From assembly GCA_041690135.1 (NCBI GenBank), contig JAWLHY010000003.1, forward strand, positions 320,001-384,000: a DNA stretch of 64,000 nucleotides. Reading direction: 5' to 3'. Of this stretch, positions 9,492-17,876 are shown piece after piece. This DNA is from Armatimonadota bacterium (lineage in GTDB: Bacteria > Armatimonadota > SYMT01). A program made the translations under genes and the position numbers. Within the stretch, counting starts at the first letter, position 1. Each line of letters starts with the position of its first letter. The notes below the pieces were generated by a model. It ran no database searches, was not told where the DNA came from, and saw only the letters and a list, made by a program, of their open reading frames with translations.

Positions 9492-11213
9492 TTACTCCGC
9501 AGCCCCCATCAATCCCGGCAGCAGCGGTTCATCCGCTCCCCCCGGCCGGGCGATGCCGAGGATATAGGAGAGACTGGGAGCTACCTGGGCCGGGCTCACC
9601 CGGTTGAGGTAAGTTCCCTTCCGCACTCCGGCGCCGGCCATCAAGAGCGGCACATGCGTGTCGTAGGTGAACGGCACCCCGTGCGAGGTTCCCGTCCCGA
9701 CCGCCTTGGACCCCGAAAGCCAGTGCGGATGGAGCAGGATCACGACATCGCCGGAGCGCTCGGGATGCACGCCATGCGTGATCCGGCTGCCCAGGGCGTT
9801 GCGGGGCACCTGACCCGATAGGACCGCGCTCTTACCGATGGCCATGTAAACGCCCGGTACTGCGCGCACTGCCTCGGCCGCGATCTGCTCGAGCCGCGCC
9901 CGCGGTTCGGAGGGGTGTGCCGCCAGCGCTTCGGGGTTGAAGTAGAGCTCACCGTTATCGCCGCTGGCGATCCACTTGGCCGGCGCCACGGCGGTATCCA
10001 GGGCCTTGTCCGCCGCGCCCGCGATGTCGGCGGAAATCGCCCGCGCCACGGTCACGCCCATGCCGGCCAGCACCTCTGGCACATTGGCGCAGCCGTGGTC
10101 CGAAGAGAGCGCGATGGTGACCCGCGAGAGCCCGCCTGGCACCTGATCTTCAAGGAACTGGAAGAAATCGGCCAACTGGCGGTCCGTTTGCACGGAGATG
10201 TCCAGCACCTCCGCGCTGTCGGGCCCGTACTTGTGGCCCACGTAGTCGTTGCTGGAGAGGTTGATCGTCAGCAGGTCCGGGATCTCGTCTTGCCCCAGCT
10301 TCTCCGCCTTCACCGCCTTCTTACAGCTTTCGAAAACAAACGCGTTCCCGGCGGGGCTGGTGGCAAAGGAGCCGTATCCCGACCCGGCCAGCGAATGGCT
10401 GAAGGCGACCGGCTTCCCCTGTGGGTTCCAGACGCGGCGCAACGCCGCGGCATCGACGGTAGGCTCCCAGGCGGTGCGCTTCAGCTCCGCGGCCAGGGCC
10501 CGGCCATTGAACTCTTCCACCCATCCCGGCAGCTTTTTGTCGGGCGCGTAGGCCGTGCTCGTAACCCATCCACCGGTGTCCTCGTCGAACCAGACCACCG
10601 TGTCGCTGCGGTGGCCGCTGAGCAGGATCGAGGCACGGTCCTTCAGGGCAATGGAGACGGTCCGCGCCTGCCCACCCGTCGCCAACTCCAGCTCGTCACC
10701 CACGGTGGAAGTCAGCAAGTTCCGCGCGGACATCGGTTTCTCTTTGCTGCCGGACTGGGCACCTACCACTTCGCTCTTCTTGTCGTCCACACAGTAAACC
10801 GACTTGCCGGTAGCGCGGTCCCACCAGGAGTTGCCGACGACTCCGCTCACATAGGGCTGGGCTCCCGTTCCGAGGATCGCGTGACCGGCGGCGGTCACCG
10901 TGCGGTGGTGCTGGTACTGGCAGTCGGGATACCAGGCGCCCTGCTCCTGCAGGTAGCGGAAGCCGCCCACCATGCGTCCCCTTCCGGCTGGGAGGTAGAG
11001 ATCGCTGAAGCGGCTGATGTAGTCCGCCCGGCACTGATCGATGCTGATCAGGACGGCGAGGCGCGGCCGGAGGTTCTCGCCGGCGGCGTTCGGGCGGGGC
11101 TGTGTCTCACCGGCCGTCGCCGGGGTGCCGACCCCCAGGGAGGTCAGGCCAACCACACCGGTTGCGGCGGCCAGGAGAGAAGTAAGGGTCAAGGCGAGCG
11201 AGCGTTGGCGCAT
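9492..11213 (-). CDS. Alkaline phosphatase superfamily protein (PafA-like)
   Basis: Signal peptide; ISIDQCRADY, VTAAGHA (Thr nucleophile), DYVGHKYGP, SSDHG and HG..YDTHVPL. Confidence 0.9.
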   Translation of the reverse strand: MRQRSLALTLTSLLAAATGVVGLTSLGVGTPATAGETQPRPNAAGENLRPRLAVLISIDQCRADYISRFSDLYLPAGRGRMVGGFRYLQEQGAWYPDCQYQHHRTVTAAGHAILGTGAQPYVSGVVGNSWWDRATGKSVYCVDDKKSEVVGAQSGSKEKPMSARNLLTSTVGDELELATGGQARTVSIALKDRASILLSGHRSDTVVWFDEDTGGWVTSTAYAPDKKLPGWVEEFNGRALAAELKRTAWEPTVDAAALRRVWNPQGKPVAFSHSLAGSGYGSFATSPAGNAFVFESCKKAVKAEKLGQDEIPDLLTINLSSNDYVGHKYGPDSAEVLDISVQTDRQLADFFQFLEDQVPGGLSRVTIALSSDHGCANVPEVLAGMGVTVARAISADIAGAADKALDTAVAPAKWIASGDNGELYFNPEALAAHPSEPRARLEQIAAEAVRAVPGVYMAIGKSAVLSGQVPRNALGSRITHGVHPERSGDVVILLHPHWLSGSKAVGTGTSHGVPFTYDTHVPLLMAGAGVRKGTYLNRVSPAQVAPSLSYILGIARPGGADEPLLPGLMGAAE

Positions 11214-11317
11214 GGTGGTGCAGAGAGTACGGCGGTCGTGAGAAATGCAAACTAACCGGATGAACTATAGCATACCTCTACCGCCCCGCGAACTTTAACG
11301 GTTGATAAGACCGGCAT

Positions 11318-11388
11318 AAAAAAGGACCGGAGCCTTACGGCTCCGGTCCCCAATTGGGGTGGAGCGGGAAGCATTCTTCCCGCTCCAC
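11318..11388 (-). terminator. Intrinsic terminator with tandem hairpins downstream of the DUF3494 adhesin gene
   Basis: ggaccggagcc-ttac-ggctccggtcc preceded by A6 (U6 on the minus strand), plus a second stem gtggagcgggaag-catt-cttcccgctccac. Confidence 0.85.
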
Positions 11389-11400
11389 GATGGATCTCGA

Positions 11401-14400
11401 TTACCGGCGGCGGCTCACGCCGACGCGGATCTTGATGTCGTTCTTGCCGCGGCCGGGCTTCACCAGGGTGCTTCCCAGGCTGATTTCCCCGTCCGGCGTC
11501 AGGAGCGAGATTTGGAACCGGTCGCTGCCGACGCCCGGAGTACCGGCGTCGAGCACGTCCACGCGCGCCGGCACCGGGCCGTAAGCCGAGGTGCGGGCAG
11601 TGCCGAAGATCGACGCCACGCGGCCGTCCAGGTACTCGGAACAGGTGACCGCGCTGATCTGCGTCAGGCGGGCCTTGAAGGTGCGGCCGAGGTCGCCCGG
11701 CACGCCTTCCGGCAGGTCCACTTCACCCACGATCGTGAAGTTCGCCGCACCGCGACCACCCAGCTCGGTGCCGTTAACACCCAGGTGGAAGAAGCCGCGA
11801 ACCGGCACCACGCGACCGCCGCGGATGGTGCGGCTGCCGACCAGTACCGCGCCGTCACCGCTGATCGCGCAGTTCGCCTGGCTGATCGGAATGTCGACCA
11901 CGAAGGAGTCGCTCTGTTCCGGCTCACCCGGATCGCACTGGCCGTCGTTGTCCTGGTCGATGCACGCGGTAACCGTGATCGCCTGCGACGTCGGGAACCG
12001 CGGCGTGTAGCAGAAGACCGCTTCGCCGTTGGCGTCCGTCGTCACGGAGGCGTCCACGTCCACGAACCCGCCGCCCTTGCTGCCGGTCGGGAACGGACCG
12101 GAGCCGTTATCGGGATCGATGCCCGGCTCGCCCTCGATGTCGAACAGCACGGTGGCGCCCGGGAACGGATCGCCGCACTGGTCGAGCACGAGCGCGGTGT
12201 AGCAGACTTCCTCGTCCACCTGGACCGCGGAGCCTTCCGGCTCACGGAACAGGAAGAGCTGGGTGGGGAAGCGCTCTTCGACAGTAGCCGTGACGGTGAC
12301 GGTGCCGGTGCAGCCGGCGCTGTCGGTCGCCACGTAGGTGATGTTGAACGTCCCCACCGTCTGCGGCGTGAAGGTGGCGTTCACCGTGAGCGGGTTGCCG
12401 GCCGAAGGCAGGCTCACCCCGTGCGAGACGCCGGGCACGGCCGGGGTCTGCTCGAGGTTGATCGTGTCCCCGGCGTCCGCGTCGCTGGCCGTGATGGTGT
12501 AGTTCACCGTCTGGCCCACGCAAAGGACCCCCAGGTTGGTCACGCTCGCCTGCACCACCGGAGCGGTGTCGATGCGCACGTTGACCGTGAGCGTGGTGAC
12601 GCAGCCTTCCGCATCGGTGACCGTGAAGGTCTGCGGGTAGGTGCGGTCGGGATCGCCATCCGCCTGGACCTGCGCCTCGGTGGGCGCGGTGATCAGCAGG
12701 GTGGCCCCAGCCGGGTCGCCGGTGTTCGGCAGGCTGCCGCCGGTTACCGTGATGCTGCCGGGGAACGGCGTGCTGGTCTGGGCCAGCGTGACGTTGCCCG
12801 CTTCCACGTCATCCCCGGTGAGGACCAGGGTGGTGGTGTTGTCCGGGCCGGGGGACGGGCACAGGGTGACCGTGCCGCCATTCGCCACCGCGACGCCATT
12901 GGCGGTCGCGCTGAGGGTCGGGGCATTCGTCACCTGCACTTCGAGCGTGAAGACCTCTTCGCAGCCCGTGTCGTCGCGGGCCGTGTAGACCAGCGTGATC
13001 GGGGTTCCACCCGTGGTGACGTCGGAAGCATCCGGCGTCCAGGTGAAGCGGGAGGTCGCCGGGTTGGCGTCCAGCACCAGCGTGTCGCCGGCCGGGTCAA
13101 GACCGTCGTCGTCGCCGAAGAAGTTCGGCGCGTGGGTGGCGCCCACCGGCGTGCCGGTCACGAAGAGGCTCACCAGGTCGCTCGCGTCGGGGTCGGAAGC
13201 GCTTACGTCGAAGGTAAGCGTTTCACCCACACAGACGGTCACGGAAGAACCGCTGGTCGGAGAGCCCGTATCCGGGGAGAGCTGGCTCACGGCGATGACC
13301 GGGTCCGTCTCCACGTTCAGCACGATCGTGCTGGTGGTGGTTTCCCCCAGCGCGTCCGTAGCGGTGAACTGCAGGTTGAAGGTCTGACCGTCCAGCAGTT
13401 CGGTCTGGGCGCCCGTCAGGGAGAAGGTCGCCGTGGCCGGGTCCCCCGCCGTCGCGTTGAACGTCGCGCCCGCCGGCAGGCCGGAGGCGGTGATGTTCAC
13501 CGGAGCGTCGTTGTCGGGATCATCCGCGGTCAGGTTGATCGTCACCGGGTCGCCGGGGCAGATGTCCAGCGGGCTGGACTGGTCCGCGATGAGCCCCGGC
13601 TCCGTGTTAATGCGGATCGGGATGTCGACGCGGCAGATCAGGCCCTCGCCGTCCGTGGAGAAGAACTGCGCCACATAGTTACCCGGCACGTCAGGGACGT
13701 TGTAGGAGAACGTCTGGCTCACGTTGCCGTCCGTGTCGCTGACGACGCCGAACGCCGGCGGGCTCGGCAGGTTATCCAGATCGGCGCTGAGCGTGATGTC
13801 GCCGCCGTCCGGATCGATCGCCGTCAGGCCGATGTTGATCGTCTGCCCCGGATTCACCGTGTAAGCCGGCGTGACGGGGTCCGCCGCCAGAACGGGGGCC
13901 GAGCCGACGACCGGGTCGTTGACGGTGATCCCGCCGGCATTGGCGAACGTCACGTCGCCGTTGGCCAGCAGCTTGCCGTTGATCGTGAGGCCGGACTCCA
14001 CGTTGATTCCCGCCACCGAGTCGGCGTCACCGGCGACGAAGAGACCGTTGAGCGGTGCTCCCGCGTCGAGGTCGACGCCGCCTTCGGCCAGGAACGCGAC
14101 GTTGCCCGCGTTCGCGCCGTTCGCGAGGGTAATTGCACCATCCACCTCCAGCGAACCGGTGGACATCCCGTCATTCCGGATAATGAAGATCCAGATGGCC
14201 TGCAGGTCGCTGGCGCCCCCGGCCGTCGCGTCGAGGGTAATCCCGCCCGCGCCGATCGCGGCCGGGCCGGCGATCGTGTAGGTGCCCGGAGGGTAGATGC
14301 CGACGCCCGCGCCTACGTTCTGTGCGGCCAGATCGCCGCTGGGGACGGTCACGCCGGTGGGGGCGAGCTGGGTCTGGACGAAGGTGATCCCGTTGTTGAG

Positions 14401-14679
14401 CTGCGTGAGCGCGTTTTGCGCTTCCAACTGGGAAGTCGTAGTGCCTTCGCCGGTTACGTTCAGGTTGGCGCCGGCATCGTTGATCGCGCCGACGGCGCCC
14501 ACGTTGCCGTTGCTGACGTCGACATCGCCAGCGCCGCTGACGTCAACATCCAGTCCGGCGAGCACCGCGAAGTTATCCGCGGCTCCCGTCGGGCGGTTTG
14601 CATACACAGGCACCAGGAGCGCTCCGGCAAGCAGGGTTGCCAGTACGCCGAGGTGCCTGCCTCGGAAGAGTCGGTTCAT
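11401..14679 (-). CDS. Large secreted protein: DUF3494 (ice-binding-like) domain plus tandem Ig-like/cadherin-like repeats
   Basis: Start MNRLF follows AAGGAG; signal peptide; FAVLAG...GDL...PGTY..ITLDA..AIWIF..ANGANAGNV..GKLLA pattern; repeated A.DPD/A.D.D..TF.W/Y.P units. Confidence 0.75.
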   Translation of the reverse strand: MNRLFRGRHLGVLATLLAGALLVPVYANRPTGAADNFAVLAGLDVDVSGAGDVDVSNGNVGAVGAINDAGANLNVTGEGTTTSQLEAQNALTQLNNGITFVQTQLAPTGVTVPSGDLAAQNVGAGVGIYPPGTYTIAGPAAIGAGGITLDATAGGASDLQAIWIFIIRNDGMSTGSLEVDGAITLANGANAGNVAFLAEGGVDLDAGAPLNGLFVAGDADSVAGINVESGLTINGKLLANGDVTFANAGGITVNDPVVGSAPVLAADPVTPAYTVNPGQTINIGLTAIDPDGGDITLSADLDNLPSPPAFGVVSDTDGNVSQTFSYNVPDVPGNYVAQFFSTDGEGLICRVDIPIRINTEPGLIADQSSPLDICPGDPVTINLTADDPDNDAPVNITASGLPAGATFNATAGDPATATFSLTGAQTELLDGQTFNLQFTATDALGETTTSTIVLNVETDPVIAVSQLSPDTGSPTSGSSVTVCVGETLTFDVSASDPDASDLVSLFVTGTPVGATHAPNFFGDDDGLDPAGDTLVLDANPATSRFTWTPDASDVTTGGTPITLVYTARDDTGCEEVFTLEVQVTNAPTLSATANGVAVANGGTVTLCPSPGPDNTTTLVLTGDDVEAGNVTLAQTSTPFPGSITVTGGSLPNTGDPAGATLLITAPTEAQVQADGDPDRTYPQTFTVTDAEGCVTTLTVNVRIDTAPVVQASVTNLGVLCVGQTVNYTITASDADAGDTINLEQTPAVPGVSHGVSLPSAGNPLTVNATFTPQTVGTFNITYVATDSAGCTGTVTVTATVEERFPTQLFLFREPEGSAVQVDEEVCYTALVLDQCGDPFPGATVLFDIEGEPGIDPDNGSGPFPTGSKGGGFVDVDASVTTDANGEAVFCYTPRFPTSQAITVTACIDQDNDGQCDPGEPEQSDSFVVDIPISQANCAISGDGAVLVGSRTIRGGRVVPVRGFFHLGVNGTELGGRGAANFTIVGEVDLPEGVPGDLGRTFKARLTQISAVTCSEYLDGRVASIFGTARTSAYGPVPARVDVLDAGTPGVGSDRFQISLLTPDGEISLGSTLVKPGRGKNDIKIRVGVSRRR

Positions 14680-15180
14680 TTTTTCTCCTTGGGTGGACAT
14701 GTCCAACCGGAGGGCGCCGCTGCAGCCGGAGCCAAATCCCCTCACGAATGTCCGGCCCGCCACGCTCCTGTTCCAGAGTTTCGGGGTGTGGCGCGTCACG
14801 TGTCCTGCGTCGTGAGGATATGCTTCCGGTCCGAACGGCGCCGGTTTCCAGTCGTCAGGCGAACCGTGTGTGATGGACGCAAAGTGCCAGGAGAACAGAA
14901 CAGCTCCCGGCGCCACAGTTCCACCGGTGCCGGCAGAATGCCGGAGGGGCGTGAGAAGCCCCGACACTGGTGAGGAACTGTAGAGGTTAGTTCAGGCCGC
15001 GACACGCGTACCGGCGTCCGGTCTCCGGAATGGGGACCGAGCGACGACAACCACGTTTCGCGACCCAGGGGGCTGCGATACCAGCCCCAGGAATGCTCGA
15101 TCGCACCCCCTACGGAAGATACCCGGTCCCGCAGGCAAGCAAACTTCTGCCTAAATCACAAATGAGCAAGGACCGCGACT

Positions 15181-15220
15181 TATATACCACCGATCCGAAA
15201 GGTTGTAAACCAACCTTTCG
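15181..15220 (-). promoter_or_regulatory. Candidate sigma70 promoter overlapped by a palindromic operator
   Basis: The minus strand reads TTTACA-17 nt-TATATA with an extended TG. The palindrome cgaaaggttg-N5-caacctttcg (15196-15220) covers the -35. Confidence 0.4.
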
Positions 15221-15390
15221 CTTAAGCGTGGTCCGATGGAGCTAGCCGCCTGCCTGACCGGTCTCCCGTCGGCATTATGCCGCAGGTTCGTGCAATTACG
15301 CAGGCGGTTTTTCTAGGGACGGCGAAATAAAGAGACGAATCGGAACAACTACAATTCAAGCGAGTTGCAAAGGGCACAAGGAGGTGCGCC

Positions 15391-16935
15391 ATGCCGTTCG
15401 TGGATCGAATCATTCAGTTTCTGCAGTCGCAGCAGGGCGAGCGGATCGTGCTGGAAAACGATCAGAACTGCGTCGTCTATCGGCCGGGTGGGTCCAGCGC
15501 TCCCACGCGGGATCGCCTCACTTACGAGCAGATCTACAAGCTGGTGACGGAGATCCTGCCGGAAGATCGGAAAGGCGATTTCCAGTTGGGAGAACCGGTG
15601 CTGTTCCAGTACGCTTACGGCGGCGGGTCGATGGACATCGACGTCGCGCGCGTGGACGGCGGAATCCGGGTCAGTATCGGCGTCACGCAGCATCGCGAGA
15701 TGCCGTCGGCGCCTTCCGCAGTCGCCGCACCCTCCGTTCCCTCTACCCCCTCCGTTCCCTCCAACGGGGCGACGCATTCCCTGTCTCTGCCGGCGGAACC
15801 GGTTTTCGCCGGCACGGAACGACCGGTGGAGCACATGGACGAACTGTTCCGCCTGTTGAAGGAGATGGAAGCCTCGGACCTGCATATGAGCTCCAATGAG
15901 AAGCCGATGGTGCGCGTACATGGCCTGATGAAGAAGCTCGAGCAGTTCGAGAGGAACACTCCGGAGCGTCTCAAGGAGCTTCTGTGGCAGATCGCTCCCC
16001 AGCGGAACCGCGACGAATGGGAGCGGGACCACGATACCGACTTCGCCTATGAGGTCGAGGGGGTGGCGCGCTTCCGGTGCAACTTCTTCCAGGACCGGCA
16101 TGGAGTGGGCGCAGTGTTTCGTCTCATTCCCAGCCAGGTGCTCACCGCCCAGCAGCTCAACCTGCCGCAGTCCGTCCTGGATCTTTGCTTCCTCTCGAAG
16201 GGGCTGGTGGTCGTGACGGGCCCGACCGGCTCCGGAAAATCAACCACCCTGGCGGGGATTGTGGATCATGTGAATAAACATCGGGATGATCACATCATCA
16301 CTATCGAGGACCCGGTCGAATTCGTGCACCAGAACCTTCGATGCCTGGTAAACCAGCGAGAAGTGCACGTGAATACGAACAGTTTTTCACGCGCGCTCCG
16401 GGCGGCTCTGCGCGAGGACCCCGATATCGTGCTCGTGGGCGAAATGCGGGACCTGGAGACGGTGGCTATTGCCATCGAAACGGCGGAAACCGGCCACCTC
16501 GTCTTCGGGACGCTGCACACCACCACGGCGGCGTCCACCGTGGACCGGATCATTGACCAGTTCCCGGCGGACCAACAGGAGCAGATCCGGGTGATGCTGT
16601 CGGAAACCTTGAAAGCGGTTATCGCGCAGACGCTCTGCCGCACCACGGACGGCAAGCGGTGTGCCGCCCTGGAGATCCTGTTGGTGGATCCCGCCTGCGC
16701 CAACCTGATCCGGGAAGGGAAGACGTATCAACTCCCCAGTATGATGCAGATCGGCAAGAGCCGCGGCTGCGTGACGATGAACGACAGCCTGTTCCACTTC
16801 GTCAAGGCAGGCCGGGTCGAGCCGAAAGAGGCCTACATCAAGTCCGTGGATAAGGCCGGGCTGCTCGGACTGTTCGAGCGCGAAGGGATCAACTTCAAGC
16901 TCGACCACGCCGCGGAGGCTGCCGCGAAGGCATGA
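15391..16935 (+). CDS. pilT: Type IV pilus retraction ATPase with an N-terminal extension
   Basis: ASDLHM, GPTGSGKSTT, TIEDPVE, ALREDPD..VGEMRD and AETGHLVFGTLHT. AAGGAGG SD. Confidence 0.92.
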   Translation: MPFVDRIIQFLQSQQGERIVLENDQNCVVYRPGGSSAPTRDRLTYEQIYKLVTEILPEDRKGDFQLGEPVLFQYAYGGGSMDIDVARVDGGIRVSIGVTQHREMPSAPSAVAAPSVPSTPSVPSNGATHSLSLPAEPVFAGTERPVEHMDELFRLLKEMEASDLHMSSNEKPMVRVHGLMKKLEQFERNTPERLKELLWQIAPQRNRDEWERDHDTDFAYEVEGVARFRCNFFQDRHGVGAVFRLIPSQVLTAQQLNLPQSVLDLCFLSKGLVVVTGPTGSGKSTTLAGIVDHVNKHRDDHIITIEDPVEFVHQNLRCLVNQREVHVNTNSFSRALRAALREDPDIVLVGEMRDLETVAIAIETAETGHLVFGTLHTTTAASTVDRIIDQFPADQQEQIRVMLSETLKAVIAQTLCRTTDGKRCAALEILLVDPACANLIREGKTYQLPSMMQIGKSRGCVTMNDSLFHFVKAGRVEPKEAYIKSVDKAGLLGLFEREGINFKLDHAAEAAAKA

Positions 16936-16947
16936 TGTAGAAGCAAA

Positions 16948-16971
16948 GTGGGGCGGGCGTCTCGCCCGCCC
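16948..16971 (+). repeat. REP-like palindrome, family A (GCGGGCGTC(T/C)CGCCCGC)
   Basis: The same unit recurs four times at 44635-44971 and inverted at about 58250-58275. Confidence 0.75.
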
Positions 16972-17000
16972 TCGTACGTACGAAGACCGGGGAACCCGTG

Positions 17001-17180
17001 CCTCGGGTTGAAACCGCGCGCCTGACTCACCGAAGCCCCTTCTCCCCGGATTGAAATCCGGGGCTGGCCGACCGAAGTCCGCCGTCGCGGACTCCGATCG
17101 CTAGTCCCGGATCTGCGAGCGCGGAACCCCGAACCGGTGCGCCGCAGGTTGAAACCGCGCGGCTGACTAACCCAAGTCGC
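17001..17180 (+). repeat. REP-like cluster, family B: three units of GG(T/A)TTGAAA(C/T)C..CTG..ACC(G/C)AAG
   Basis: Units at about 17001, 17044 and 17141, each an imperfect hairpin around TTGAAA. Confidence 0.7.
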
Positions 17181-17260
17181 ACCCACGCCCACTCCGTGGG
17201 TACCCGGGCGTAAACCTGCGCGAACCCGCAACTTTTACCACCCGCGGGGTGGCGGAACTC

Positions 17261-17755
17261 CTAACTTCCCGATGTGTCGGAGAGATGAGGGGGATCGATC
17301 CACCACCCGGCGACCTCCTCCGAGGTGGTCTTGTCGAGCCCGGCGGGAAGCCGGTCCATCAAGTCGGCGGCATGCGTCCGCAGGGCCTGCAGATCGATCC
17401 CTTCCTGCCACTCGGGATAGGGTGACCAGAGTTCCAACGCCTGACGCAGCAACCGGCGCGGTGTGCGCACGAACCCCATCCGAAGTTGCATCAGCGCGAC
17501 CACATACTGGAGCAGACCCTGGTGCAGGGTGTTCCGCCGGGCGAAAAACAGCGTCTCGATCGGCTCCACGCAGTTGCGGAAGTCGCCGCGGTCGAAGCGC
17601 TCCGCGATCAGCAGCAACTCGGGGGGAGCTTCGAAGGTCTCACGCACTGTGGGTGGGAGGACTTCCACCACCGGTGGATGGACGGGGATCGGTTTTCCGG
17701 TTCCCTGTTTAACGCAGCGAATGGGTCCTGTGAGGGCGTTGGTGGGGTTGGGCAC
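17261..17755 (-). CDS. DUF309-like protein
   Basis: F..GDF....E..E..F.....LHQGLLQY.VA...L..G.....LL..A.......GIDL pattern. The GTG start follows GGAG. Confidence 0.6.
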   Translation of the reverse strand: MPNPTNALTGPIRCVKQGTGKPIPVHPPVVEVLPPTVRETFEAPPELLLIAERFDRGDFRNCVEPIETLFFARRNTLHQGLLQYVVALMQLRMGFVRTPRRLLRQALELWSPYPEWQEGIDLQALRTHAADLMDRLPAGLDKTTSEEVAGWWIDPPHLSDTSGS

Positions 17756-17876
17756 GTGGGGCTCCAGTCGGCAAAAACTGAGTCCATCATACCCCACCGG
17801 ACTCTCAAGGCGGCGTCAGACGCTTTCTTACTTGGGCAATGGTTTAGAAGCAGTGGTGAGTAGCAAGAGAAAGCCC

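Noticed and set aside
14856-14945. c-di-GMP-I riboswitch-like words (GGCGAACC...GGACGCAAAG)
   Set aside because: The GNRA-capped P2 stem and the P3 receptor cannot be formed convincingly, and it lies ~450 nt from pilT. An Infernal RF01051 scan would be needed.
11359-14973. 1204-aa ORF on the plus strand
   Set aside because: Antisense shadow of the DUF3494 adhesin caused by high-GC codon bias; R/G/H-rich with no motifs.
17463-17876. N-terminal 138 aa of the 1200-aa ORF
   Set aside because: It overlaps the DUF309-like gene on the opposite strand; the signal peptide begins at MRPLAC (17877).
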